A stretch of 64,000 bases of DNA, from contig JADKIH010000001.1 in NCBI GenBank assembly GCA_016721305.1, positions 192,091 through 256,090 on the forward strand, read 5' to 3'. Shown here one piece after another: positions 1 to 10,046 of the stretch. Numbering within the stretch: position 1 is the first letter of the stretch; each line of letters starts with the position of its first letter. A program made the translations under genes and the position numbers. The notes under the pieces are model-generated. The model did not search any database and was not told the DNA's origin. It was given only the letters and a program-made list of their open reading frames with translations. The DNA comes from Bacteroidota bacterium (GTDB lineage: Bacteria > Bacteroidota > Bacteroidia > AKYH767-A > 2013-40CM-41-45).

Positions 1-659
1 AAAAGTACGACTTCGTGCTTATTGTGTTTTAAATGTTGAAGCGCGCTGAAAATTTCTTCCGGATTGTCGGAGCTTTCCATCATATCACTGAAGATGATAA
101 CGAGTGAACGCTGATGAATCGTCTCGGCAATTTCGTGAAGAGCGGCAGCTCCCAATGTTTTTGTCCCGGTTACAATCGCCGGATTTTCTATTCGCTTTTC
201 CATTTCCGTAAAAAGCATCTTGTGATGAATGGAACTGGAACGCGCTCTGGTATTAATTTCTATCTTATCAGAAAAGATACTCAGTCCGACTGCGTCGCGC
301 TGCATTCGCAACATCGCTGCAATCGCAGCTGCAGCATGTACTGAGAATGTTATTTTATTCATCACCTTCCCCTTTGTCGCATCGGGAAAGTGCATTGATG
401 AAGAATTGTCGATGATGAGCTGACAACGAAGATTTGTTTCCTCTTCGTAACGCTTCACAAACAACTTCTCCGTACGACCAAACAAACGCCAGTCGATGTG
501 CTTTGTAGACTCGCCTGTGTTATACAAACGATGCTCCGCAAACTCCACCGAGAACCCGTGAAACGGACTCTTATGCAAACCGGTAATAAATCCTTCAACC
601 ACCTGACGGGCCAGAAGCTCGAGGTGCGAGAGTTGTTGGATTTCGTGTTGGTTGATCAT
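1..659 (-). CDS. DUF58 (vWA-like, MoxR-associated) domain protein, N-terminal part; runs off the window edge
   Basis: Hand translation from ATG at 659..657 gives MINQHEIQQLSHLELLARQVVEGFITGLHKSPFHGFSVEFAEHR...LIIDNSSSMHF (DxSxS MIDAS-like motif), typical of DUF58. Not in the ORF track because no stop lies inside the window. Confidence 0.55.
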   Translation of the reverse strand, partial: MINQHEIQQLSHLELLARQVVEGFITGLHKSPFHGFSVEFAEHRLYNTGESTKHIDWRLFGRTEKLFVKRYEEETNLRCQLIIDNSSSMHFPDATKGKVMNKITFSVHAAAAIAAMLRMQRDAVGLSIFSDKIEINTRARSSSIHHKMLFTEMEKRIENPAIVTGTKTLGAAALHEIAETIHQRSLVIIFSDMMESSDNPEEIFSALQHLKHNKHEVVL

Positions 660-667
660 TGCGCTGT

Positions 668-745
668 AGTTGATTGAATATTGAAAATTGAAAATTGAAG
701 ATTAGCCTATCTGGATAGCCAATCTTCAATTTTCAATCTTCATTC
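668..745. repeat. Inverted arrays of TTGAAAATT/TTGAAGATT-type repeats forming a long hairpin between trxA stop and DUF58 start
   Basis: attgaatattgaaaattgaaaattgaagatt ... caatcttcaattttcaatcttcattcttcaa; the arms are reverse complements with a 16-bp central loop. Confidence 0.6.
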
Positions 746-759
746 TTCAATAAAAATAG

Positions 760-1131
760 TTACGCGATTTGCGCATTAAGCTTGTTCGCCAAAACCGACT
801 TCGGAACTGCTCCTACTTGTTTGTCGACGATTTCTCCGTTTTTGAAAATGAGGAGAGTTGGAATATTGCGAATACCGTAGTTCATAGAGATGTTCGGATT
901 GTTATCGACGTTCACTTTACCGACAACGGCCTTTCCATCGTAATGCTTCGCGAGTTCTTCGACAATTGGTCCCACCATACGGCATGGTCCACACCATTCT
1001 GCCCAAAAATCCACTAATACCGGTTTGTCTGACTTCAAAACGAGTTGTTCGAAGTTCGCATCTGTAATTTCGATTGCCATAATTTTGCCTTTCTTGTTGT
1101 TATATTTTAGAATGTGTAAAGGTAGTAACAA
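760..1131 (-). CDS. trxA: Thioredoxin
   Basis: 123 aa containing the WAEWCGPC active-site motif; thioredoxin fold length. Confidence 0.85.
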   Translation of the reverse strand: MLLPLHILKYNNKKGKIMAIEITDANFEQLVLKSDKPVLVDFWAEWCGPCRMVGPIVEELAKHYDGKAVVGKVNVDNNPNISMNYGIRNIPTLLIFKNGEIVDKQVGAVPKSVLANKLNAQIA

Positions 1132-1149
1132 TTAACACGCCGTTGGGTT

Positions 1150-1200
1150 TTGGGGTGGCATTTTGTCAGGGTTGCGGGTTGCGGGTTGCGGGTTGCGGGT
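1150..1200. repeat. Tandem heptamer repeat (GGGTTGC)x5 between dnaE stop and trxA start
   Basis: gggttgcgggttgcgggttgcgggttgcgggttgcg read directly. Confidence 0.8.
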
Positions 1201-1286
1201 TGCGCACTAATCGGTAACATTTTAACTTACTGGGGGCCACTTATCCCTTATTCACCTGCCTCGCCAATTACCCAAACAGCTTCCTA

Positions 1287-1352
1287 AACGCTCGGACCAT
1301 CAGCTAATCAGCTAATTATCAAATCAGCTAATCCATTTGCTGATTAGCTAAT
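1287..1352. repeat. Self-complementary array of CAGCTAAT-type octamer repeats abutting the dnaE stop
   Basis: cagctaatcagctaatta...tcagctaatccatttgctgattagctaattg; the same word family reappears at 51107..51246. Confidence 0.6.
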
Positions 1353-1354
1353 TG

Positions 1355-4300
1355 TCAAAACTCCACTTCAGCAATCCTCTCCAGAGAATCAATCAAATCA
1401 TTCTGCGGATTCACTTTGAAGCGCTTACTTGGCAGGTCGACTAATACTTTTAAGTCAGCAGGGTCGTAAACTTTGAATTTCAGCGTACAGGTGCCGGCTC
1501 GCTGGGCATTGTCGTTCTTCACGATTTCTGCCACTTGATCAAGCCATTTTTGATCTACTTTCTCAACAGGAACCTTAACGGTGATGTTTTTCAGCATTTT
1601 TTCGCGGACTTCGGCCAACAATTGAATGCTCGTTATCTTAAACTCCGTATTGCCCGGTTGATTGTATCGATCCTGCAATTTTCCTCGGATGAACAAAAAT
1701 TCGCCCGGATTCAGCCACATTTTGAAACGAAGGTAGTCTTCGCCAAAAAGTACCATTTCAAAAGCCTCGTCATAGTCTTCTATGACAAAACTGCCGAATG
1801 GCTTGCCGGTTTACTCATCCGGTGATTGACGGATGTTATCATCGCGCCAATCGCCATATCACGGCCTTTATTCTTCTCGACATCTTTCAAATCCTTAATG
1901 CGATGCGAGATGAATTTTTTCATTTCCAATTTATATAAATCGAGCGGATGGCCGGAAATGTAGAAGCCTATCGCATCTTTTTCAAACTTCAATCTCACTA
2001 AGCTCTCCCAAGGTTCGGTATTCGGAATTGTCGGCTCCGGCGTTTCCGTTCCGGTCGATTCACCAAACAACGAATGTTGCGACGAATTCTTCGACTCCTG
2101 AAAACTGTTTCCATAACGGAGAATTTTCTCGAGGAATGTCGAGCCTTCTTTTTCCGGATGAAAATAATGCGCACGATGCATGTCGGTAAATGAATCGAAT
2201 GCTCCTGCATATGCTAAATTTTCAAACGTCTTTTTATTTGCCGTGCGTAAGTTCACTCGACGAACGAGATCAAAAATACTCTTGAATGGTCCGTTTGCAT
2301 TTCGCTCATCGATGATCGCTTGAACAGCGGCCTCACCTACTCCTTTGATCGCTCCCAAACCAAAACGAATTTGTCCGGCTTTGTTTACAGAGAAATTGTA
2401 CAAGCTTTCATTCACATCAGGCCCCAAAACAGGAACGCCCATACGACGACATTCTTCCATGAAGAATGTAATCTTGTCGATGTTGCTTAAGTTGTGTGTG
2501 AGCACCGAAGCCATGTACTCGCCCGGATAATGCGCTTTTAAATAGGCTGTCTGGAATGCAACGAATGCATAACATGTTGAGTGCGATTTATTGAAGGCAT
2601 AGGAAGCGAACGCTTCCCAGTCAGTCCAGATCTTTTCGCAAATCTTCGGAGCATGACCATTCTTCGCGCAGCCTTCCATGAACTTCGACTTCATTTTGTC
2701 GAGTACATCTTTCTGCTTTTTACCCATTGCCTTACGAAGAACGTCGGCATCACCCTTGGTAAAACCTGCAAGCTTCTGTGAGAGCAACATTACCTGCTCC
2801 TGATAAACGGTTACACCGTAAGTTTCTTTCAGGAACTCTTCCAATTCCGGAAGATCATAAGTTACCGCTTCGCGGCCGTGCTTACGTGCAATGAATTTCG
2901 GAATGTATTCGAGTGGACCCGGGCGATAAAGCGCGTTCATCGCAATCAAATCCTCAAATTTATCGGCGCGTAATTCGCGCAAATATTTTGCATACCGGCC
3001 GACTCAAACTGGAATGTTCCGTTCGTTTCGGCACGTTGATATAATTCAAATGTCTTTTCGTCTTCTAATGGAATCGTATCGATGTCGATCGTCACTCCGT
3101 GATTCAATTTAATCAGTGCTAATGCATCGCGGATGATGGTCAGAGTTTTCAGACCTAAAAAGTCCATCTTGATTACACCGGCATCTTCGATCACCTTTCC
3201 GTCGTATTGCGTAATGAGCAATTCAGTTTCTTTCGAAGTCGAAACCGGAATCAGATCGGTGAGATCCATTGGCGCAATGATGATACCTGCAGCGTGAATT
3301 CCGGTGTTACGCACCGATCCTTCGAGAATGACGGCTTCACGCAATACCTCTGCCTGTAAATCTTTGCCTTTATAAATTTCGCGAAGCTTTCGTACTTCTT
3401 CAAGCTCATCGCTATTCAAACCTTCTTTCTCTCGCAAACTCTTATCGCCATCCATTGGCGCTTCGAGTACACGATTCAATTCAATACCCGGACGCTCGGG
3501 AACCATTTTAGCCAGCATGTTCGATTCGGCCAATGGCAAATCCATTACACGCGCGACGTCTTTGATACTCATCTTCGCCGCCATCGTACCATAGGTAACG
3601 ATTTGAGCAACCTGATTCTTTCCGTATTTGTCAACTACATAGTCGATCACCTTCTGACGACCGACGTCGTCGAAGTCCGTATCAATATCGGGCATGCTCT
3701 TACGATCCGGATTGAGGAAACGCTCGAACAGGAGATTGTATTTGATCGGATCTATATTCGTGATGCCGATGCAATACGCAACTGCTGATCCCGCTGCCGA
3801 TCCACGACCCGGACCAATGAATACTCCTAAATCACGACCGGCTTTAATAAAGTCGGATACAATCAAGAAGTAGCCGGCAAAGCCCATTGTTTTTACTGTG
3901 AACAATTCGAAGTTTAAGCGCTCTTCGATTTCAGGCGTTAATTCTTTGTAACGTTCTTTTGCTCCTAAAAAAGTAAGATGCTTGAGATACTCATCCTGCG
4001 ATTCAAATCCATCCGGAATTTTGAAGTGAGGAAGCATGATATCCTGCTTCAATTTCAACGGCTCGATTTTACCGACGATGTCGTTGGTGTTATCAATCGC
4101 TTCAGGAATGTCGCTGAACAACTTTCCCATTTCCTCCGTCGTCTTGAAATAAAACTGATCGTTGTAGAAAGCAAAACGTTTTCCTTTAACAAAAGCATCG
4201 TCGTCGGAAAACTCTTTCATACTCGGCGTCGACTTCTTCTCGCCGGTATTGATACAAAGAAGAATGTCGTGCGCATTGTAATCTTGCTGATCCACGTAAT

Positions 4301-4940
4301 GCGAATCATTCGACGCAATCACCTTCACATTATACTTCACTGCCCATTGGAGCAGGATTGCATTCACTTTATTTTGTTCCGGAATATCGTGACGTTGTAA
4401 TTCGATATAATAATCTTCACCGAACATATTGAGCCACCACAAAAACTCTTTCTCCCCTTCTGCTTCGCCTTTGCGTAAAATTGCCTGCGGCACAGAAGCA
4501 CCCAGACAACAAGTCGTTGCAATTAATCCTTTGTGATATTTTTCAACGAGCTCTTTATCGATACGCGGATACTTTCCGTACAATCCTTCGATGTAACCGA
4601 GAGAACACATCTTCACTAGATTCTTATATCCTTCCGGATTCTTGGCTAAGAATAACTGATGGCAACGCTTGTCTTTATCTTCTTTGGTGAACTGACGCTT
4701 ATGACGATCGTCTACTAAATAAAATTCGCAACCGACAATCGGCTTAATGACTTGTCCGTCTTTGTTATGTTTGGAAGCTTCCGCCACAAACTTAAAAGCA
4801 CCAAACATATTACCGTGATCCGTGATAGCGATGGCAGGCATCTTATCCTTGACGGCTTTTTTGTAGAGATCAGATATATCGGCAGCACCGTCGAGCAGCG
4901 AGAACTGCGTATGAACGTGCAGGTGGGAAAACGAAGGCAT
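1355..4940 (-). CDS. dnaE: DNA polymerase III alpha subunit, broken into 3 consecutive ORFs (2946..4940, 1780..2982, 1355..1756)
   Basis: N-terminal PHP domain MPSFSHLHVHTQFSLLDGAA; central polymerase core (GRDLGVFIGPGRGSAAGS); C-terminal OB-fold piece. About 1197 aa in total matches DnaE length. An essential gene split twice points to assembly indels. Confidence 0.85.
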
Positions 4941-5014
4941 AGGGAATTGACTAGAGTTGCGAAGATACGAAATTGGGAGGCGGCTGCGTAGTGGAATTTA
5001 TCAACAAAAGGCTC

Positions 5015-5256
5015 CATGTTCAAGGTTCAAAGTTCAAAGTTCAAAGTTCAAGGTTCAAAGTTCAAAGTTCAAGGTTCAATGTTTCGGGGTCTGTTCCTAA
5101 TTTGTCAGAAAAGGGAACGTTTATATTCATGAAAAAATGGACAAAAAGGAGACAATTCGCCTATTTAGCATGACACTCCCTAAAGCGCATTTGAACTTTG
5201 AACCTTGAACTTTGAACTTTGAACTTTGAACTTCGAACTTTGAACCTTGAACTTTA
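5015..5256. repeat. Inverted arrays of GTTCAAA-type heptamer tandem repeats flanking a ~105-bp core
   Basis: Left arm 5015..5081 (gttcaaag/gttcaagg)n. Right arm 5188..5256 (ctttgaac)n is its reverse complement. Sits between the GT2 gene stop and the dnaE start. Confidence 0.8.
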
Positions 5257-6339
5257 GACAACCCTCCGCCCCTTCCACTCATACCCCGAAAACGGCACAA
5301 GCAGTCCGATGATGAAAATGTAAAACCAGTATAGCGGCTGGAGCAGGATCACTAAAAAATTATTCACCGGCATTTTTAGAAAGGAAGAAACGCGGTTGAG
5401 AAAAAATAATTCAGGAAGCGTTTTAGAGATGGCGCATATGAGTAAAATTTTCCAGGAGATAATTCCGAAAATCGTTGCGATCAACGACAAGAATAATCCT
5501 GCATGTGTGAGCCAGGCAATGACGGCAATGATTACAGTTACCGGCGAGAGAGTGAACGGAATTTTCGTAGCCCAACGGCGGCGTTGTTCGTAGAATGAAT
5601 TGATTGTCGATTGCGGATCGCTGACGACGATGGCGTTTTCATTTTTTACAAAGAGTAAATTAGACGGATTTTCATCGGCGATTTTTCTCATCAATTGAGT
5701 ATCGTCGCCGGAAGAGAAACGGGAGCCGGCAAAGCCGTTTACTTGCAAGTAAGCATCACGACGATAGGCCATATTCGCACCATTGCACATCATCGGTTGA
5801 TGTTGCGCAAAAGAAGCTGCAGCAATGCCGGTGAGACCAATCATTTCCAGCGATTGCATTTTTTCGAGCAAAGTTGCTCCGCCCTTTAACGCAACCGGAC
5901 CGGAGAAAAATTTAGCCGACGATGTTTCAGCCACATTTACAAACGAAGAAACCCATTGCGTTCCCACTCTGCAATCGGCATCTGTTGTGATGATGAATTC
6001 ACCATTACTCTGACGAATCGCAAAATCGATTGAAGCTTTCTTCGACTCATTCGGGCTTTGCAGAAGCACAGCATTCGAAAGTCCGTTCTTTTCGATAAGC
6101 GATTTAACTTTTTCAAATGTCGCATCGTTAGAATGATCATCGACAAAATAAATTTTCATTTGTCCGGAATAATCCTGCTTCGCTAAATCGGTAATCAGAT
6201 TTTCAATGACAGCCTCTTCATTACGCATGGCAATTATGACATCGACGCTTTCGATTTTCTTTCGATCAGTTTCACGACGGAAATTCAGTCTGCTCCAGCC
6301 TGTAATAGACCACAGCAGAAAAATGCATAGGCCAGGCAA
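5254..6339 (-). CDS. Family 2 glycosyltransferase with C-terminal transmembrane region
   Basis: DVIIAMRNEE...VDDHSNDAT...ITTDADC (DxD-type motifs), then hydrophobic C-terminal helices. Confidence 0.7.
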   Translation of the reverse strand: MPGLCIFLLWSITGWSRLNFRRETDRKKIESVDVIIAMRNEEAVIENLITDLAKQDYSGQMKIYFVDDHSNDATFEKVKSLIEKNGLSNAVLLQSPNESKKASIDFAIRQSNGEFIITTDADCRVGTQWVSSFVNVAETSSAKFFSGPVALKGGATLLEKMQSLEMIGLTGIAAASFAQHQPMMCNGANMAYRRDAYLQVNGFAGSRFSSGDDTQLMRKIADENPSNLLFVKNENAIVVSDPQSTINSFYEQRRRWATKIPFTLSPVTVIIAVIAWLTHAGLFLSLIATIFGIISWKILLICAISKTLPELFFLNRVSSFLKMPVNNFLVILLQPLYWFYIFIIGLLVPFSGYEWKGRRVV

Positions 6340-6364
6340 AACGCCATGAGAAATATGCCGGCAA

Positions 6365-7344
6365 TCATTCTGCTTTATTTTTTACAAAACGGAAATTCAA
6401 CATGAAGAGCGCTCCGAACAAGGCCGGAATAGCCAGATTGATTACCCATAAAGAAAATACAGCGATCAATACCGGAAGCAAATCCGTCGTCAGATAGCCG
6501 AAGAAATATGCAGCCACTGCTCCGCGAATTCCGAGCTCGGTGAGTGTAAACGTCGGCACTACGGCGATGACGAAAAATGTTCCGGCCGACATGAGGATGG
6601 TTGACGAGAGCGGAAAATGTCCGCCGAAGATTCGGATGAGCCAGATAAATTGTGTCGTGAAAATCACGTATCGAACGAATGCTCCTATGACAACTTTTAG
6701 CAATTCACCCGACGAGTATGAAGAAATGACGTGCAAAGTTTGATTCCATTTTTCCGGAAAACGTAAACGACGAAACACATTTTCCAAAAAGCGAACATTG
6801 AAGTATGCAAGTATTACTATGATTGAACACACAGTGAAACCAAGAATAACCAAAGCCAGAAACGGCTTCGTCATTGGCGTATACTCTGCAAAAAGATCAT
6901 CATCGCCACGCAACCTATTACGAAAGTCACCAGCAATTGAGAGAAATTCTCGATCACGGTGATGATGGTCGCCTGAATTTTATCGGCTTTCTCTAAATGA
7001 AAAACACGGCCGGCGTATTCGCCAATTCGATTGGGAGTAAAAAGACTAATCGACAATCCGGAGAACACCGCTTCGAGTGAACGAAAGATAGAGAGCTCTT
7101 CGAGCTTCGCCATCATCAATTTCCATTTCCACGCCTCCACGAGCCAGTTGAAAAACATGAGGACGAAAATCAAAGCAAGCTGCCAGCCGAGCGACGGCGT
7201 ACTCAATGCGCTTTTTAACTCCTCTAAATACAGCTCATCCCTTCCGGTGATTCGATGATAAATGAACCAGAAGGCTGCAGCAGCCAGGATCATTTTGAGA
7301 ACGAACCAACCATAGATGGATTTATTTCTTTTACTTTGTTGCAT
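6365..7344 (-). CDS. Flippase-like / lysylphosphatidylglycerol-synthase-TM-region-like integral membrane protein, split into 2 overlapping ORFs (6871..7344, 6365..6913)
   Basis: Polytopic membrane protein that starts MQQSKRNKSIYGWFVLKMILAAAAFWFIYHRI. The family is commonly paired with GT2 genes. The overlap of adjacent ORFs implies a frameshift. Confidence 0.45.
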
Positions 7345-7415
7345 AAACGACGGGCAACAAAGTAAGAAAATAAAGCCCTTGCATATTTTGCCTTTCCGTC
7401 AATTGATCCACAATC

Positions 7416-7988
7416 TTGGCCATCAGCGAAAAAATCATTTTAGGAATCGACCCCGGAACGAATATAATGGGGTACGGCATCATTTCCGTGAAAGGAAAAG
7501 AAATGAAATTGTTGAGCATGGGTGTTATTACCCTTGATAAGCTCGACAATCAGGCCTTGAAACTGAAGACGATTTTTGAAAAGACCTTAGGCCTGATTGA
7601 ACAATATCATCCCGACGAGCTTGCCATTGAGGCTCCTTTTTTCGGGAAAAATGTGCAGTCGATGCTGAAACTCGGCCGTGCTCAGGGCGTTGCTATGGCT
7701 GCAGGCTTATACCGTTCGGTTCCGATCACCGAGTATTCCCCTAAAAAGATCAAACAGAGCATTACCGGTAACGGAAACGCTTCGAAAGAGCAGGTTGCGG
7801 CCATGCTGCAGACTCTTTTAGGCTATGAGGAAACGCCAAGCTATTTAGATGCTACAGACGGGCTCGCTGCCGCAGTTTGCCATCATTTCCAGGGCGGAAG
7901 TCCCGAATCGGCTCCGCGTAAAGCAGGAGGCCGTAAAAGCAGCTGGAAGGCATTTGTAGATGCCAATCCGGAACGACTTAGCCAATAA
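7416..7988 (+). CDS. ruvC: Crossover junction endodeoxyribonuclease RuvC
   Basis: [24 protein letters not shown]-terminus (catalytic Asp in the IDPG motif), about 190 aa. Confidence 0.85.
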   Translation: MAISEKIILGIDPGTNIMGYGIISVKGKEMKLLSMGVITLDKLDNQALKLKTIFEKTLGLIEQYHPDELAIEAPFFGKNVQSMLKLGRAQGVAMAAGLYRSVPITEYSPKKIKQSITGNGNASKEQVAAMLQTLLGYEETPSYLDATDGLAAAVCHHFQGGSPESAPRKAGGRKSSWKAFVDANPERLSQ

Positions 7989-8376
7989 ACTCTTTTGCGA
8001 TTTTTTCGGCCGTAGCCATCAGCTCTTCTTTCGGAAGAGAAATCTTAGGATTTGCGAAGTTCATATCACTCACCCGATTCATCGGAATGAGATGTATGTG
8101 TGCATGTGGGACCTCGAGACCGATAACGGCCACTCCTACTCGTTTGCATGGAACAGCTTTTCCAACGGCCTTAGCAACCTTTTGAGCAAATGCCCAAAGG
8201 TTTTTATGCTCGTCGGAAGCGATGTCGAAAATGTAATCGGTTTCCTTTTTAGGAATAACGAGCGTATGACCGGCCACGAGCGGATTTACGTCGAGAAAAG
8301 CAAGGTGGTTGTCGTCTTCCGCTATTTTGTAGCAGGGAATTTCTCCGTTGACGATTTTGGTGAAAACGGATGCCAT
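7978..8376 (-). CDS. HIT family (histidine triad) protein
   Basis: HAHIHLIP histidine-triad motif; 132 aa. Confidence 0.8.
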   Translation of the reverse strand: MASVFTKIVNGEIPCYKIAEDDNHLAFLDVNPLVAGHTLVIPKKETDYIFDIASDEHKNLWAFAQKVAKAVGKAVPCKRVGVAVIGLEVPHAHIHLIPMNRVSDMNFANPKISLPKEELMATAEKIAKEFIG

Positions 8377-8380
8377 GATA

Positions 8381-8854
8381 TTAAGCTCTTGAAATTTCCA
8401 TAACTTCGAATTGCATCGTTCCTGATGGTACAGAAATCTCTGCGATCTCGCCTACTTTTTTACCTAACAGACCTTTGCCGATAGGAGAAGTCACGGAAAT
8501 CTTTCCCAATTTGAGATCAGCTTCGTTTTCTGCCACGAGCAAATAAGTCATCTCTGATTTGTTTGCTTTGTTGCGAATACGAACCTTCGACAAAACCAGG
8601 GCGCGTGAACTATCCACCTTACTCTCATCGAGGAGGCGGGCATTGGCAACTATATCTTCCAACTTCGAAATTCTTAATTCAAGCAAACCCTGCGCATCTT
8701 TGGCAGCGTCGTATTCGGCATTTTCAGACAAGTCACCTTTATCGCGTGCTTCTGCAATTTGCTGCGAAATACGCGGACGTTCAACCGTACGCAATTGAGC
8801 AAGCTCTTCGTGCAGCTTTTTTAATCCTTCAGCGGTAAAATACTGATATGACAT
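8381..8854 (-). CDS. greA: Transcription elongation factor GreA
   Basis: MSYQYFTAEGLKKLHEELAQL...DLSENAEYDAAKD coiled-coil N-domain plus FKBP-like C-domain; 157 aa. Confidence 0.9.
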   Translation of the reverse strand: MSYQYFTAEGLKKLHEELAQLRTVERPRISQQIAEARDKGDLSENAEYDAAKDAQGLLELRISKLEDIVANARLLDESKVDSSRALVLSKVRIRNKANKSEMTYLLVAENEADLKLGKISVTSPIGKGLLGKKVGEIAEISVPSGTMQFEVMEISRA

Positions 8855-8883
8855 GATAATGTTTATTGAGGTAGTAAATTAAA

Positions 8884-8920
8884 GTAAAAAACAAGACTCC
8901 GTTGCTGGAGTCTTGTTTCA
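8884..8920 (-). terminator. Rho-independent terminator downstream of the PorV-like gene
   Basis: caagactcc-gttgct-ggagtcttg stem-loop followed by a T-run on the minus strand. Confidence 0.55.
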
Positions 8921-8944
8921 TTTCACAAATATAAGAATGTTTTT

Positions 8945-10015
8945 TTACAAATTAAAACGGGCTCCAAAGCTATGGATACCATCCCAAGGTTTAGTAGAAC
9001 GGTAAGAATAGTCGATAGCAAACGTTTTGCCGCCGCTTCCCAATGGCACTTCGATGGATAAACCGGCAGAAGGGCCTGAATAAACCGTTGTACGGAGAGC
9101 GTCATCGAACAGATTGTCTTCATACGTAAAGCCTCCGCGAAGCATGAACATGTTACGGAAAGAATATTGAAGACCTGCTGAATACTGATCGTTTGTAAAT
9201 GAGTTTGAAGTAAATGTTCCTGCAATTGTCAGCTTATGATCGGTCGCCAAAGAGAAATCGTAAGCACCACCGATATTCAACAATGAAGGCATTTCAAATC
9301 CTTCAACACGTTGCTGAACCGTCATCTGATAAACGTTGTTATTACCCGGAGCCGTAACACGAGTCGACAAACCGTCGCCACCGAAACTGAGCGGAGTACC
9401 TACGTTGTGCAGAGAGATTCCGAAGTGAATGTTATCACGATCTTCGTTAGAGCCGGTTACATATTGGATACCCGCATCAATCGCGATTCCGCTTGCATTC
9501 AAGTTTGAAATTGATTCGTCGATGATACGAATCGTCATTCCTCCATAAATTGAATTGGAGAAAACTTTTGCATAGGATAATCCGAGATTGATGTATTGCG
9601 GAGAATATGTTCCCAAACTTGGTTCAGGCTGATCAACCGTTGTGATGGCAACTTCACCGAACGACATAGAAGTGATACTCACTCCGATTACACCACTACC
9701 TCCGGCTTTTTGAGTTACACCGAATGAATTCAGTGCAATTCCACTGCCTTGCAGATAATTTGTGTGAGCGAAAACAGCTTCCGTTTTTTTCGTGAAAGCA
9801 ATACCTGCCACATTGAGAAACTGAGCTTCGAGTCCTTGAACACAAGCACTGTTTGCTCCACCCCAACCCGATGAACGAGCCCACGGATTAATGAGCAATT
9901 CAGTAGCTCCTGCCTGACCGGCGCGATCAGGATTACCTGCCTTTACCATTCCCAACGGGAGTGTTACGACAGCGAGCGCCAGGCTCAGCAGCTTTGTTTT
10001 ATATCCAGGTTTCAT
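8945..10015 (-). CDS. porV: PorV-like type IX secretion outer-membrane beta-barrel protein
   Basis: Signal peptide, then ELLINPWARSSGWGGANSACVQG...FLNVAGIAF, resembling the PorV/LptO N-terminal motif (I.PDARS.GMGD...N.A.LAF). Ends in a beta-barrel-style aromatic. Lies immediately downstream of a large secreted protein, as porU-porV usually does. Confidence 0.55.
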   Translation of the reverse strand: MKPGYKTKLLSLALAVVTLPLGMVKAGNPDRAGQAGATELLINPWARSSGWGGANSACVQGLEAQFLNVAGIAFTKKTEAVFAHTNYLQGSGIALNSFGVTQKAGGSGVIGVSITSMSFGEVAITTVDQPEPSLGTYSPQYINLGLSYAKVFSNSIYGGMTIRIIDESISNLNASGIAIDAGIQYVTGSNEDRDNIHFGISLHNVGTPLSFGGDGLSTRVTAPGNNNVYQMTVQQRVEGFEMPSLLNIGGAYDFSLATDHKLTIAGTFTSNSFTNDQYSAGLQYSFRNMFMLRGGFTYEDNLFDDALRTTVYSGPSAGLSIEVPLGSGGKTFAIDYSYRSTKPWDGIHSFGARFNL

Positions 10016-10046
10016 ATGATTTTATTTTCTGTAGGTTAATTACTGA

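Noticed and set aside
3603-4400. Plus-strand ORFs (61-140 aa) inside dnaE and many other antisense ORFs inside large minus-strand genes (e.g. 11356..11577, 33889..34077, 39809..40012)
   Set aside because: Embedded antisense to long well-supported genes with no recognisable motifs; typical shadow ORFs.
1355-4940. dnaE and smc as true pseudogenes
   Set aside because: Both are essential and all pieces are intact, in order and merely frame-shifted; assembly indels are far more likely than gene decay.
4973-5173. ORF 4973..5173 (+) with SRFKVQSS repeats
   Set aside because: Translation of the GTTCAAA heptamer array; spurious.
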